Shown here one piece after another: positions 37,437 to 50,419 of a stretch of 64,000 bases of DNA (positions are counted from its first letter, which is position 1; every line of letters begins with the position of its first letter). Below the pieces are notes generated by a model that saw only the letters and a list, made by a program, of their open reading frames with translations, was not told the DNA's origin and searched no databases. A program made the translations under genes and the position numbers. Source of the stretch: Centroscyllium fabricii (taxonomy: Eukaryota). The stretch covers positions 156,922,001-156,986,000 of the forward strand of contig JBNRSN020000001.1 in the NCBI GenBank assembly GCA_051313645.2, in the 5' to 3' direction.

Positions 37437-40400
37437 TGATGCATGATCAATCACAATGAGTCGACGGGATTAAGTAATTGAGGCTTTAATTAACTAAGAA
37501 CAGAAGTACAGGTCTTATCGCTCTCTGGTCCTGGAATGCCATGAGGTAAACATGGCTGCCACCTTTATACTACAGTCTGTGGGTGGAGCCCGGAGGCGGA
37601 GCCGGCTGAGGCATCCCAGGTAGATACCGGTGGGGACAAAAGAGGTAACAAGGACATAACTATATACAGCACAGTAAGTAACAAGGAGATAACTATATAC
37701 AGCACAGTATTAGTGGGAAACAGTATTACTGGTTTACCACATTCACCCCTCGTTTTAAGATTGAGTCTGGCTGGGTGAAGTGGTTCTGCCGGGGGCAGAA
37801 TAAGAAAGTTTATCGGAGGGTCTGGTCTCCCTCCGCGACCGGTGCAGCCCTGGCTGCAGTGCGGGATCCTCGGGCAAGGTGGTCCTCATCGTCGGAGGTG
37901 ACGCAACAGTCACCTGGAGGTCGTGCATCATCGGATCCCGGGTTGCTGGCGTACCGTCTACAGGGGCTAGAGAAAAAGAGGGTAACAAAGGTGCGTCGAG
38001 AGTTATGGTGGGGGGGTGGAAAATGGTGGTCTCAGGGGCGCCCGAGGGCGCAAGGTCTCTAATGGAGACCGTGTCCTCCCGCCCGTCTGGGAACGCCACG
38101 TAGGCGTATTGGGGGTTGGCGTGGAGGAGCTATACCCTTTCGACCAGGGGGTCCGTCTTATGGCCCCTCACATGCTTCCGAAGTAGGATGGTCCCTGGTG
38201 ACGTCAGCCACGATGGTAGCGAGGTCCCCGAGGTGGACTTCCTAGGGAAGGAAAACCTCTTGTGAGGGGTAGCATTGGTCGCAGTGCAGAGCAGTGACCG
38301 AATGGAGTGGAGTGCATCAGGGAGGACCTCCTGCCAGCGGGAGATTGGGAGGCCCCTAGACCGCAGGGCTAGAAGAGCGGCCTTCCAGACCGTCCCATTC
38401 TCCCTCTCAACCTGTCCATTCCCCCGGGGGTTGCAGCTGTTGGTCCTGCTCGTTGCAACTCCTTTTGCGAGCAGGTACTGGCGCAGCTCGTCACTCAAAC
38501 GAGGAACCCTGGTCACTATGTATGTAGTTGGGGAGGCCGAACATGGTGAAAATGCTGTGCAGGCACTTGATGACCGTGGCTGCGGTCATGTCGGGGCTAG
38601 GGATGGCGAAGTGGAAACGTGAGTACTCATCAATGATGGTAAGAAAGTACACGTTGCGGTAGGAGGAGGGGAGGGGCCCTTTGAAGTCGGCACTCAGGCG
38701 CTCAAAAGGGTGGGTGGCCTTTACCAGGTTAGCTTTGTTTGGCCTGTAGAAGTGCGGTTTGCACTCAGCGCAGATCGGGCAGCTCCTGGTAACGGCCCGG
38801 ACTTCCGCAACGGAGTAAGGCAGGTTGCGGGATTTGACAAAATGGAAAAGACAGGTAACTCCCGGGTGGCAGAGGTTGTTGTGGAGAGAATGCAAACTAT
38901 CCACTTGTGCGCTGGCACAGGTTCCACGAGATAGAGCATCCGGGGGCTCATTGAGTTTGCCGGGCCGGTACAAGATGTCATAATTGTAGGTGGACAGCTC
39001 AAACCTCCACCTCAGGATCTTGTCGTTTTTGATCTTGCCCCGCTGTTTATTATTAAACATAAAAGCCACTGAACGCTGGTCAGTGAGCAGGGTGAATCTT
39101 CTACCGGCCAGGTAATGCCTCCAGTGCCGCACCGCTTCCACGATGGCCTGGGCTTCTTTTTCCACCGAGGAGTGTCTGATTTCACGGCCTTGGAGGGTAC
39201 GGGAAAAGAAGGCCACTGGTCTCCCCGCCTGATTGAGGGTAGCGGCCAGAGCAAAAAGTCAGAGGCATCGCTTTCCACCTGGAACGGGGTGGATTCATCC
39301 ACGGCATGCATGGTCGCCTTCGCGATGTCGGACTTGATGCGCTCAAAGGCTACGCGAGCCTCGTCCACCAGGGGGAAAGAGGTGGATTTGATGCTTTGTC
39401 AGCGTAAATAGGGACCCACTGGGCGCAGTATGAGAAAAAGCCCAGGCACCTCTTCAGGGACTTGAGACTGTGGGGGAGGGGGAGTTCCATGTGGGGGCAC
39501 ATGCGTTCGGGGTCAGGACCGATGATCCCATTTTCCATGACACATCCCAGGATGGCGAGCCGGGTGGTGCGGAAAATGCATTTCTGCTTGTTGTACGTGA
39601 GATTAAGGATTTGGACGTCATGGCCGCAGACGGTGATATTATCCAAGTTGGGGAACGTAGCCAGCAGCCCGTTTTGGTTCACCATACGGTCCATCTCCCG
39701 TTGGAAGACTGATACACCGTTGGTGACGCCGAAGGGGACCCTGAGGAAATGGTAAAGACGGCCGTTCGCCTCAAAGGCGGTGTACTGGCGGTCTTCGGGG
39801 CGGATGGGGAGCTGGTGGTATGCAGACTTTAAGTCGATCGTGGAGAACGCCCGGTACTGCGCAATCTGGTTGACCATGTCAGAAATGCGAAGTAGGGGTT
39901 ATGCGTCCAGCTGTGTAAAACGGTTTATGGTATGGGCTGTAGTCAATGACTAGGCGGTGTTTCTCGCCGGTCTTAACGACTATAACTTGGGCTCTCCAGG
40001 GGCAGTTGCTAGCCTCAATAACCCCCTTCCTCAGGAGTCGCTGAACCTCAGATTTAATAAAAAATCTATCCTCCATACTGTAGCGCCTGCTCTTAGTGGC
40101 TATGGGCTTGCAGTCTGGGGTGAGATTAGTGAACAGTGGAGGAGGGGCGACCTTGAGAGTCGAGAGGCTGCAAACAGTGCGTGGCTGGTGATTTGGAAAC
40201 TGCTGGCTACAAACAGTGAGGGGGGGAGCGGCCCACTGTACTTCATTGTGACACTGTCGAGGTGGCTCTGGAAGTCTAGCCCGAGCAGGATGGCAGCGCA
40301 GAGGTGAGGGAGGATAAAAAGTTTTAAATTGCTGCAGACTGTGCCCCGCACCGACAATGTAACGACGCAGTATCGCCGACATCCGCCCTTTGAGTTTTAG

Positions 40401-41826
40401 AGGCCAGGGAGGACTGGGAGTGAAAGCCTCCGCACTGTGTCCGGATGAATAAAGCTTTCGGTGCTCCCGGAGTCGAAAAGGCAGTATGTGATGTGGCCAT
40501 TTACCTGGATGTCCATCGTGGACCTGGCGAGCTGGTGAGGCCTGGATTGATCCAGGGTGATGGAGGCCAGTTGGGGCAGTAGCAGGTCGAAGTCCTCGGG
40601 TGTGGAAGCGGGGGAGGCGGGCGCGATCGGCGAGTTCAAAGATGGCGGCGCCCACGCATCGCACGCGGCCGGGAGAGATCCAAGATGGCCACCACTTGCT
40701 TCCCACGCGACTGGGTAAGATGGCCGCTCCAAGATGGCTGCTCTTCAGGGCCACACGCGGCGCTGCTGGGATTGGGAGAGGGTCTGGCCTTGCAGACACT
40801 GGCGTAGTGTCCCTTTTTCCTGCAGCTGGAGCACGTCGCATCTTTTGCCGGGCAGCACTGCCTGGAGTGCTTAGAGTCGCCACAGAAGTAGCACTTCTGT
40901 GCGCGGGACACCGCTGCAGCCGTTGGCCTAACATCCAAGATGGCTGCGCCCGTGCTGTCCACGAGGCTACCTGCTGATCGTAGGCCTCCATGTTTCTGTG
41001 CGCCACGTCCAGGGAGAGCGCGAGGGCTGCCGCTTTCTTCAGATCGAGGTCACTCTGTTCGAGTCGCCTCTGGCGGGTGTAGTTTGATTGTACACCCGCA
41101 CCGAGGGCATCGCAGATCAAGTCCTCCACGCAGGCCTGTGCCGTTACAGGCTTGCAGTTGCAGGCCCGCCCGAGCACTCACAGCGCCCGAAGGTAGTCCG
41201 CAACAGACTTACCGGTCTGTTGTTTTTGGCACAGTAGGAGGTACCTCGCGTATACTTCGTCAATCGGGGCCGCGAACTGGTCTTTCAGGGTATTCAGGGT
41301 GTTCTCGCCCTCAATCAAGGTGTAGATAGCCGGGCTTACCCGGGATTGCAGGACCGCCAATTTTCGTTCATTCGTGGTTACGGTTTCGCTGGAGGCCTCT
41401 AGGAAGAGTTCGAAACACTTGAGCCAGTGTGTGAATCTCCGCGGTGTGTCCGCCACCTGCGGATCTAACTCCAGGCGATCAGGTCTTAGAATCTTATCCA
41501 TCGCTAAACTTAGTTAATTAAATTGATGCACGATCAATCACAATGAGTCGACGATATTAAGTAATTGAGGCTTTAATTAACTAAGAACAGGAGTACAGGT
41601 ATTATCGCTATCTGGTCCTGGAATGCCATGAGGTCAACATGACTGCCACCTTTATACTACAGTCTGTGGGTGGAGCCCGGAGGCGGAGCCGGCTGAGGCA
41701 TTCCAGGTAGATACTGGTGGGGACAAGAGGTAACAAGGCGAAAACTATATACAGCACAGTAAGTAACAAGGAGATAACTATATGCAGCACAGTATTAGTG
41801 GGAAACAGTATTACTGGTTTACCACA
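37437..41826 (-). mobile_element. Full-length decayed Ty3/Gypsy element D (Mag-like)
   Basis: LTRs at 37437-37741 and 41524-41826, TSD CTCAT, 33-bp direct repeat inside the LTR. gag MDKILRPDRLELDP, double CCHC, FDSGS, NLDN and integrase, with many frameshifts. Confidence 0.93.
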
Positions 41827-42890
41827 CTCATCATGTGACATCTTTTATAACCTACTGTGATTTTGTTCATAATGAATGTGATTCTCACAATTTCCAAACT
41901 TCCATGTAATTTCACAGTAAAATTTCTAGTTTCTTACACATTCAGGCTGTGAATATCAACTTAAAGTACAGTGCTATGATCCATATAAACTGTTGTCATC
42001 AATATGCACATACGGTGGTGCCAGCGCCTAGCCAAAGAAAATTTAGCACAACAGTTTTTAAAATGTTCCTGCGTAGATCACTTCCCTCTTGCTCCAACAA
42101 ATATCCAGCATGCACATCTCTGATCAGACAGCACAGAAAAGTACTGAAGTAATAGATGGGAAAAGTTTCCAACCAATTTACCCACAGTCCCAACTTAAGA
42201 ACTAATTTCATAAGGAATGAAAATGCATTTTTGGCAAATATCCCATGCCAAATCACTAACCTTACTAATCATCACCAAATGATCATAATGACATGTTGCA
42301 CGTCAGTCACAAGAAACTTTGGGGTAAAGTTTCATTGCGCCGTGAGGCGGGGTTTTCGGCGGGGCGGGCAGCAAAATTGCTAAACCGGGAGATCTCGACC
42401 CCCCCCACGCTGGATTCCCGCCGCTTTGCAATTTCCCGCCGCCGTGTCTCCCCACCCCGAATCTTTCCCACCGGCAGCCGGCGGGGATGGTCGTTAGGAT
42501 CATTAAGCACCCTTAATTGGCATCTGCAATGCCATTTTAAGGGCCCTTAGCGATTTTCAAGCGTTTCCCACCCATAACCCGCCAGTTGCAAACCCCGCCG
42601 CTGAAACCTACCAGGAACACAATCGGATTACTGAGTATCTGCGGCAGGTCCCTTATTAAACTGCAGATTAAAACAGTCATCATTGGCAGCTGGCAGGACA
42701 TTGTTGTCTCAGGCCTGGGACAACTTGTTCCAGGCTTCAGCACTCCTGCGGAAGGTTGGGGCCACACACACTTCTCCAGTGTGACTTACTGGGAAAGCCC
42801 TCTCTCCACCCTCACTCAGTGCTTTCTCAGCGGAGGCAGCCACCAGAAGCATGGGAGGCCTTTTTTTCCTTCCCTTCCTGGCATTAGATA

Positions 42891-44024
42891 ATGTCCAGCA
42901 GCAGAGGCGGCAGCAGCAGCACCTGCAACAGTAGCAGCACCAGCATCAGCAGCAGGAGCCACAGGCTCCTGCTCACCCTCCGGAGGCAGCACCAGCCAGT
43001 AGGGGACAGCGCATGGAAGCCCGTCAGCGTAGGAGATACCCCCCAAACAGGGTCTACAGATGTAGGGTCAACTACCTCAACATGACTGAGCGGCAGTGCC
43101 AAAGGCGGCTCCGACTTTCCCGAGAGGTGGTGACTGACATCTGCGCAATGCTACAGCAAGTCCTGGAGCCCAAAGCACCAGGTGGACACTCCTTACTAGT
43201 GGCCATCAAAGTCACCACCGCACTCAACCTTTTTGCCTCAGGCTCATTCCAGGGATCATCAGCCGACATCAGCGGCATTTCCCAGTCAGCCGCGCACACT
43301 TGCATCACGCAGGTAACTGATGCCCTCTTTGCCCTCGCACACAATCACATCAATTTCATCAGGGATCACTCAAGTGTGAGGGCGCGAGCAGTTGGATTAG
43401 CTCGTCTGGCAGGCTTTCCAAGGGTGCAGGGCATCATTGACTGCACACATGTGGCTCTTAGGGCACCCCATCGCAACCCAGGTGTTTTTGTCAACCGCAA
43501 GGGCTTCCACTCCCTCAATGTTCAGCTGGTGTGTGGCCACAAGGAGGAGATTTTGCATGTTTGTGCCAAATACCCTGGCAGTTGCCATGACTCCTTAATA
43601 CTGTGCCAGTCTACTGTGCCTCCGCTCTTCATTCTGCCAGACGAACTTCAGGGATGGCTACTTGGAGACAAGGGCTATCCCGAGGACTTGGCTAATGACG
43701 CCACTTAGGAGGCCAGCCAACGAGGCTGAGCAGCACTACAACTCCAGCCATATTTTCACCAGATGGATTATAGAGCACACCAATCGGCTTGCTGAAGATG
43801 CGATTCTGATGCTTGGATAGATCAGGTGGAGCCCTCCAGTACTCAGCAGCCAGGGTCTCCAAAATGGTCGTGGTTTGCTGCGCACTTCACAACATGCCAC
43901 AGTGTCGTGGCTTGCAGATTCCTGAGGACCAAGTGCCTCCTCGCATACCCTCCTCAGATGATGATGCGGAGGAGAAGGACGAGGACGAGGAGGCCAAAAA
44001 TGAGGAGCCAGCAGGCTGCCATTA
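42891..44024 (+). pseudogene. Harbinger (HARBI1-like) DDE transposase, frameshifted
   Basis: [49 protein letters not shown]. Frameshifts after about 43680. Confidence 0.9.
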
Positions 44025-44241
44025 GCCAGCGCCAGCATTACGCGAGAACATTGCTGCTCAGGAAGCAAGGAATGCAATCACCCTGGCCAGATTTACTGAG
44101 CCTACTCAAAGCAACACTTTTGACTCTCAGCTTCTTAACTGAGCATCAGCAATGGCAAAGACCATGCAGTTTCCAAGCTATTTCTCCATCATCCTAACAA
44201 TTGCAAGTGCTCATGAGTGTAGGGGGTCACCTTGTGGGGGT

Positions 44242-47200
44242 TGTGGTAATCATGTATATAACCACTGTATATAGTTGCTGACTACCTGTGTAATACTGTA
44301 GGCTAGGACAGCCACACCCCTAACTCCTCCCCTCAGGTCGGAGTATATAGGCGAGTGCTGACCTGCCCCCACTCATTCTTCACCTTGACCTCATCAGGAG
44401 ACCAGCTCCATTCTTAGTTAATAAAAGCCTGTAGTTTAGGCAACTACTCGTCTTTGTGTGATTAATTGACGATACGTCAATTTTATTAACTAAATTTTTA
44501 AACGTGCAGAGCAATGCAGTGAAACCGGATCGCCTCGATGTCAATCCTCAGGCGCCCGAAGCTGCTAACGACTTTGAACACTGGTTTGGCCTGGTCGAGG
44601 CCTACATGAAGGCCGTAAAGGCAACGAGTGATGAGGACAAACTACAGGTACTCTCATCACGGATCAGCGGCCGGGTGTACTCCTTTATCAGAGGCCTCAA
44701 GACTTACGAGGAAGCGGTCAAGAAACTAAAGGACAGCTACATGCGCCCGATCCACTCAGTCTACGCCAGGCATGTACTGGTGACCAGAAGACAACGACTC
44801 GGTGAGTCTAATGAACAATACCTGCTTGCGCTCCAAGTCCTCGTACGGGCCTGCGACTGCAAGGCAAGGACAGCGGAGGAAGAGGCGAATCTTCTAGTCC
44901 ACGATGCCTACGTGGCAGGACTCAGGTCCAGCCAGGCCCGCCAGTGGCTGCTGGAGCAGGAGACACTGTCGCTCAAGTCCGCTGTAACTCTTTCGAATGC
45001 GGTGGACGGGGCGCTTAAGAAGATGGACGCATACAGGGATTACGACTCCCACGCAAGTACACCTGACCCTTGGGCGACAGAGACGGGCCGAGGCCCCCAC
45101 GATGGCAGCGGCGGCTGCGAAGGCGCCGATGGGGCACAGATGCTACTTCTGCGGCCAAGGAAAGCACCCACGGGTGCAGTGCCCCGTGAAGAATACGACC
45201 TGCGCGCGGTGCGCGAAGAAGGGGCACTACGCTAAGGCGTGAAAATCCAGCCCGGCCTCCACCTCCAGATCCAACAGCGCGGCCTGTGAGAGCAGCGAGG
45301 CCACTCCGTGGCTACAGGTACGGTGTTGCAGCGCGACCCAGCAGCGGTCAGCTGGGGGTAAATCCCGGGTGCCTCCATCCCCTTTAAATGTACGGCGGAG
45401 GCCTGCCGCGCGTGCGGCACAGGCGCCGCCATCCCAAATGCGACTGCGACCGGCCATGTGCGAACCCCCGGCGCCGCCATCTTGCCCAGTGGTCAACCGC
45501 GTGCGAACCACGGGCGCCGCCATCTTGTCCACAGCGGCCGGCCGCGTGCGAACCACGGGCGCCGCCATCTTGTCCACAGCGGTCAGCCGCGTGCGAACCA
45601 CGGGCACCGCCATCTTGTCCACAGCGGTCGGCCACGTGCGAACCACGGGCGCCACCATCTTGTCCACAGCGGCCAGCCGCGTGCGAACCACGGGCACCGC
45701 CATCTTGTTCACAGCAGCCAGCCGCGTGCGAACCACGGGCGCCGCCATCTTGTCCACAGCGCTCAGCCGCGTGCAAACCACGGGCGCCGCCATCTTGTTC
45801 ACAGCAGCCGGACACGTGCACATCGCCAGCGCCGCCATCTTCTGAGCGGCCATCTTGACAAACGCCCCGGCCGGGGCCCCCACACACACACATACACTTG
45901 GGCCTCAGCCACCGTCGATCAGGCTAGGCCGCACACCTTGTCCAACTCCATGATGGGGATAAAGGTGGACGGGCACGTCACCAACTGCCTGTTCGACACC
46001 AGTAGCACAGAGAGCTTCATACACCCCGACACAGTGCAGCGCTACGCACTACAGACCCAGCCCACGCACTACAAAATCTCCCTTGCCTCAAAGTCCCACA
46101 CGGCGGACATCACCGGCTACTGCAACGTCATGCTCACGATCAGGGACCGCATTTACCGCAACTTTAAGTTGTACGTACTCCACCAGCTGTGCGCCCCAGT
46201 ATTACTGGGACTGGATTTCCAATGTCACCTGAAGAGCGTGACGATGGATTTCGGTGGAACCCTGGCCCCCCTCACTGTTAGTAGCCGGGACAATCCCAAC
46301 TTAACGCGGAGCTCGACTTGCGGCCTGTCCACATTAAAAGTCGACCCCCCCTCTCGACCCCAAATGCAAGCCCATTGCTACCAAAAGGTCGGTGTTACAG
46401 TGCAGTGGACCGGGCGTTTATGAGGTTGGAGGTCGAGCACATGCTGAAAGAAGGGATCTTGAGGCCAGCACCAGCCCCTGGCGGGCCCAGGTCGTGGTGG
46501 TCAACAGGCGAGAAACTGCGCATGGTCATTGACTATAGCCAGACAATCAACCGCTACACCGGGCTTGACGCCTACCCCCTCCCCCGCATCTCGGATATGG
46601 TGAACCAGATCGCCCAGTACAAGGTCTTTTCCACAATCGACCTCAAGTCGGCGTATCACCAACTCCCCATCCGGAACTCCGACCACCGGTACACCGCCTT
46701 CGAGGCGAACGGCAGGCTTTACCACTTCCTCCGGGTCCCCTTCGGTGTCACCAACGGGGTGTCGGTGTTCCAGAGGGAGATGGACCGCATGGTTGACCAG
46801 AATGGGTTGCAGGCCACTTTCCCCTACCTGGACGACGTGACCATCTGCGGCCATGACCAGCAGGACCACGATGCCAACCTCGCCAAATTCCTGCACACGG
46901 CGAAACGGCTGGACCTAACATACAATAAAGACAAATGTGTCTTTAGTACGGACCGGCTCGCTATCCTCGGATACGTGGTGGAAAACGGGGTCCTTGGCCC
47001 AGATCCACAGCATATGCGCCCCTTGCAAGAGCTGCCCTTACCTCACAACCCCAAAGCCCTGAGGAGATGTCTAGTGTTCTTTTCTTATTACGCGCAATGG
47101 GTCCCCCAGTACGCGGAAAAGGCCAGACCTCTCCTCAAGGCTGGCGTCTTCCCCCTCTCGGCAGAAGCCCAAACGGCATTCGCTCGGATCAAGGAAGACA

Positions 47201-48087
47201 TCATCAAGGCGACCATGCACGCCGTTGATGAGTCCATCCCTTTCCAGGTGGAGAGTGACGCTTCGGACTTTGCCCTTGCCGCCACCCTGAACCAGGCACG
47301 CAGGCCCGTAGCGTTCTTCTCCCGGATCTTACAGGGATCCGAAACTCGCCACTCAGCGGTGGAAAAGGAGGCCAAGGCCATCGTGGAGGCAGTGCGCTAC
47401 TGGCGTCATTACCTGGCCGGTAAGCGTTTTACCCTGCTCACTGACCAACTGTCGGTGGCGTTTATGTTTAACAATAAACAACGGGGTAAAATCAAGAATG
47501 ATAATATCCTTCGGTGACGGATCGAACTCTCGACTTACGAGTCTGACATTCTTTACCGTCCAGGCAAGCTTAACGAACCCCCGGACGCACTGTCCAGGGG
47601 AACATGCGCCAGTACCCAGCTTGACCGGCTGAAGGCCCTCCACGATCGCCTCTGCCACCCGGGTGTCACCAGATTCGCCCACTTCGTCAAATCCCGTAGC
47701 CTCCCCTACTCCATCACGGAGATTAAGGCTATGACCAAAGAGTGCCCTGTCTGTGCCGAGTGCGAACCCCAATTCTACAGGTCAGACAGGACGCACGTCA
47801 TGAAGGCCACCCGCCCCTTTGAACGCCTGAGCGTGGACTTCAAAGGCCCCCTCCCCTCCACTGACGGCAACTCGTATTTCCTTACGGTCATAGATGAGTT
47901 CTCAGGCTTCCCCTTTGCCTTCCCCTGCCTAGATATGACGAGCGCAACGGTGATCAAACACTTCACCACGCTGTTCGCCATTTTCCGTCTCCCCAGCTAC
48001 ATCCATAGCGACCAGGGCTCGTCGTTCATGAGCGACGAACTGCGTCAGTTCCTGCTTCAGAAAGGGGTTGCCTCAAGCAGAACCTCA
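44242..48087 (+). mobile_element. 3'-truncated Ty3/Gypsy element F (A-related)
   Basis: 5' LTR at 44242-44479, then gag, 45-bp repeats, protease, RT (YLDD), RNase H and integrase up to GVASSRT. No 3' LTR. Confidence 0.92.
45455..45860 (+). repeat. 45-bp tandem array (about 9 units) carrying the GCCGCCATCTTG motif
   Basis: CATCTT recurs at 45478, 45521, 45566, 45611, 45656, 45701, 45746, 45791, 45836 and 45851. Confidence 0.92.
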
Positions 48088-48102
48088 AGCTGCCCCACCC
48101 CC

Positions 48103-48975
48103 ACCGGGCACCGCGAAAGGTGGCAACGGGGCCTTAGTATGGCGATGCACTTTCGAGCGCTGGCATACCACGCAGGTATTGGCCCAGTCACGAACGTCCT
48201 TCTTGAGCCCATGCCAGACGAACTTAGCTGCCACCAGCCTCTGTGATGGCTTCCTGCCCGGATGGGAAAGGCTATGGACGGCGTTGAAAAGCTTTCGGCT
48301 CCACCCGTCGGGCACGATGGCGCGTGGCTGCCCAATGGAGACGTCGCACAGGAGCGTGGTGCCGGCATCATCAAGCTTGACATCCGCTAGCTGAAGGCCT
48401 GCGACAGCTGTCCTGTAGGCCTGGACGTCCGGGTCGGTGGCCTGGTCGGCTGCCATGCGGGTGTAGTCGATGCCGAGGTGTACAGCACAGGCAACGGACT
48501 GGGAGAGACAGTCAGCGATGGGGTTGTTCTTCCCAGCCACGTGCTGGATGTCCGTCGTGAACTCGGAGATGAAGGAAATCTGGCACTGCTGATGGGCCGA
48601 CCATGGCTCGGAAACTTTGGCCATGGCGAAGGTCAACGGCTTGTGGTCCATGAACGGCATGAACGGGCGGGCCTCCAGCAGAAAACAGAAGTATCGGACG
48701 GCGAGGTAGAGACCGAGAAGTTCGCGATCGAAGGTGCTGTACTTCCGCACATTGGGGCGGAGCTGCCGGCTGAAGAAGGCTACTGGCTGCCAGGTGCTGT
48801 TGACCCGTTGTTCGTGAACAGCGCCGACAGCATAGTCGGAAGCGTCAGTGGTGAGAGCAATCGGCGCATCTGGCAACGGATGCACCAGCATGGTTGCGTT
48901 GGCCAGGACCCTTTTTGTGAACGTAAAAGCATTGGTCATCTCCTCGGACCAGTTGACGGCGAGGTTTGCGATACA
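48103..48975 (-). mobile_element. CsRn1-type pol fragment (RNase H and integrase zinc finger)
   Basis: ALTTDASDYAVGAV, YSTFDRELL, HSLSHPG..CVVC. Truncated at both ends. Confidence 0.88.
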
Positions 48976-49744
48976 CAAAAAAAAATGGCCAACAGGTTGC
49001 CCGCTAGAAAACTGCTTTTAGGGCAAAGAACAACAGCATACTTTATGACAGAGAGAGAGTCATGAGACGTTATCATGCAAGAATAAACTTTATATTACAA
49101 AATACAGTAACTGGGAATGGGGAAAAGAACGGTACAGTGAGGGAAAAATTACACTTAAACATGACTCCCCTTATCTGGTCCCACCCCTACAACCTAGCTA
49201 GATTTTACTATGGGAGCTCAGGGATTCATACTCAACAGGCCAAAAGTTCTGACAATACAGTTTTGAGTTTGCACTTTTCAGCTTCTTGTACCCAAGGTTC
49301 TCCCACTGTCACGTGGTCGCTCTCCCTCAGCAACTGCGCGATACCTGTAGATGATCCAGCTCGCGGTGTTCTGGTGCTCTCACAGAGATCGGTGTTGCAC
49401 CCCGCCCTTTCAAACTTCTTCCAAGGACTTCGGGCTTCGGTTTCAGGTCTTCCTAGTAGGTGGTACTGCTTGTCCTACTGGCTAGATGTTTCGCAAGTTT
49501 CTACTTGCGCTGTGCCTTCTAGTTTTCCGAATCTCCGGTCTCTCCCTTCCTTTGTCATGGAGAATTCTGAGGGCAGTGCACCCCTTAACCTACCACCAAA
49601 TACATCAGAGAATTGTGGCCGAATTTTGGCGGGCTTGCAGAGACGGCGGTGACCAATAATTTCCACGTGCTGCTCCCCTCCCTTAATGCCCCTGTCGTTT
49701 AGGGTGCTTTGTTCTGGGGGGACAGCTGTATAGTCCAGATGTTT

Positions 49745-49965
49745 GACAGTTCGGAAGTTTTGAGAGTTTGTAAGTTTTGTGAGTTCTGAAGTGTTGACGT
49801 TCTGAAGTTTTGACGTTCTGAAGTGTTGGCATTTTGAAGTTTTGGCATTTTGAAGTTTTGTCATTTTGAAGTTTTGTCATTTTGAAGTTTTGGCATTTTG
49901 AAGTTTTGGCATTTTGAAGTTTTGGCATTTTGAAGTTTTGGCGTTCTGAAGGTTTGACATTTGGA
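49745..49965. repeat. 16-bp minisatellite (GAAGTTTTGGCATTTT)n, about a dozen variant copies
   Basis: Directly visible tandem units inside an unclassified segment of about 1 kb. Confidence 0.9.
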
Positions 49966-50419
49966 AGATTCAGTGGTGGGAAAAGTTCGAGGTAATGGCT
50001 TGTGCCTTCATGGTCGACTTCAAGAGGGGTGCATGGTTATGCATCACCCTGAAGCATTAGGATGTTACCAAGAACGATTCATCTCCGGCTCCTGTCTGCT
50101 TGCAAGTGGATTGTGCTCCTTGGTGTGTCTCTGCTTTCAGGTAAGTGACATTCCATGCCCTTTAACCTTGACCATGGGCCTTTTGTCTGTCTTCAAACCT
50201 GCTGCATTTTGCTGGAACTCCTTTTCTTTACGTACGGCTGCATCATTTCATAACTGTGAGGGCTGAGGAAATGTTGAGCATCCTACATAAGCCCTCAATG
50301 TGAAAGCCCCATTTGCGAACTGACGCACGCCACAACTGCAACAGGTGCCATCTGAATTATTATGTGCAGCTAACAACTGACGGCTTCCTTAAAAGATACA
50401 GAACATTTCATCCAAGTGA

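Noticed and set aside
43013-43708. Domesticated host HARBI1 gene
   Set aside because: Frameshifted, flanked by transposon ends and paired with a Myb gene, so it is a transposon copy.
45455-45860. CRISPR-like periodic array
   Set aside because: Head-to-tail coding repeats without unique spacers, in eukaryotic DNA, with no cas genes.
49062-49928. ORFs of 196, 129 and 81 aa as an env or accessory gene
   Set aside because: No signal peptide, furin site or transmembrane segment; the two shorter ORFs are minisatellite translations.
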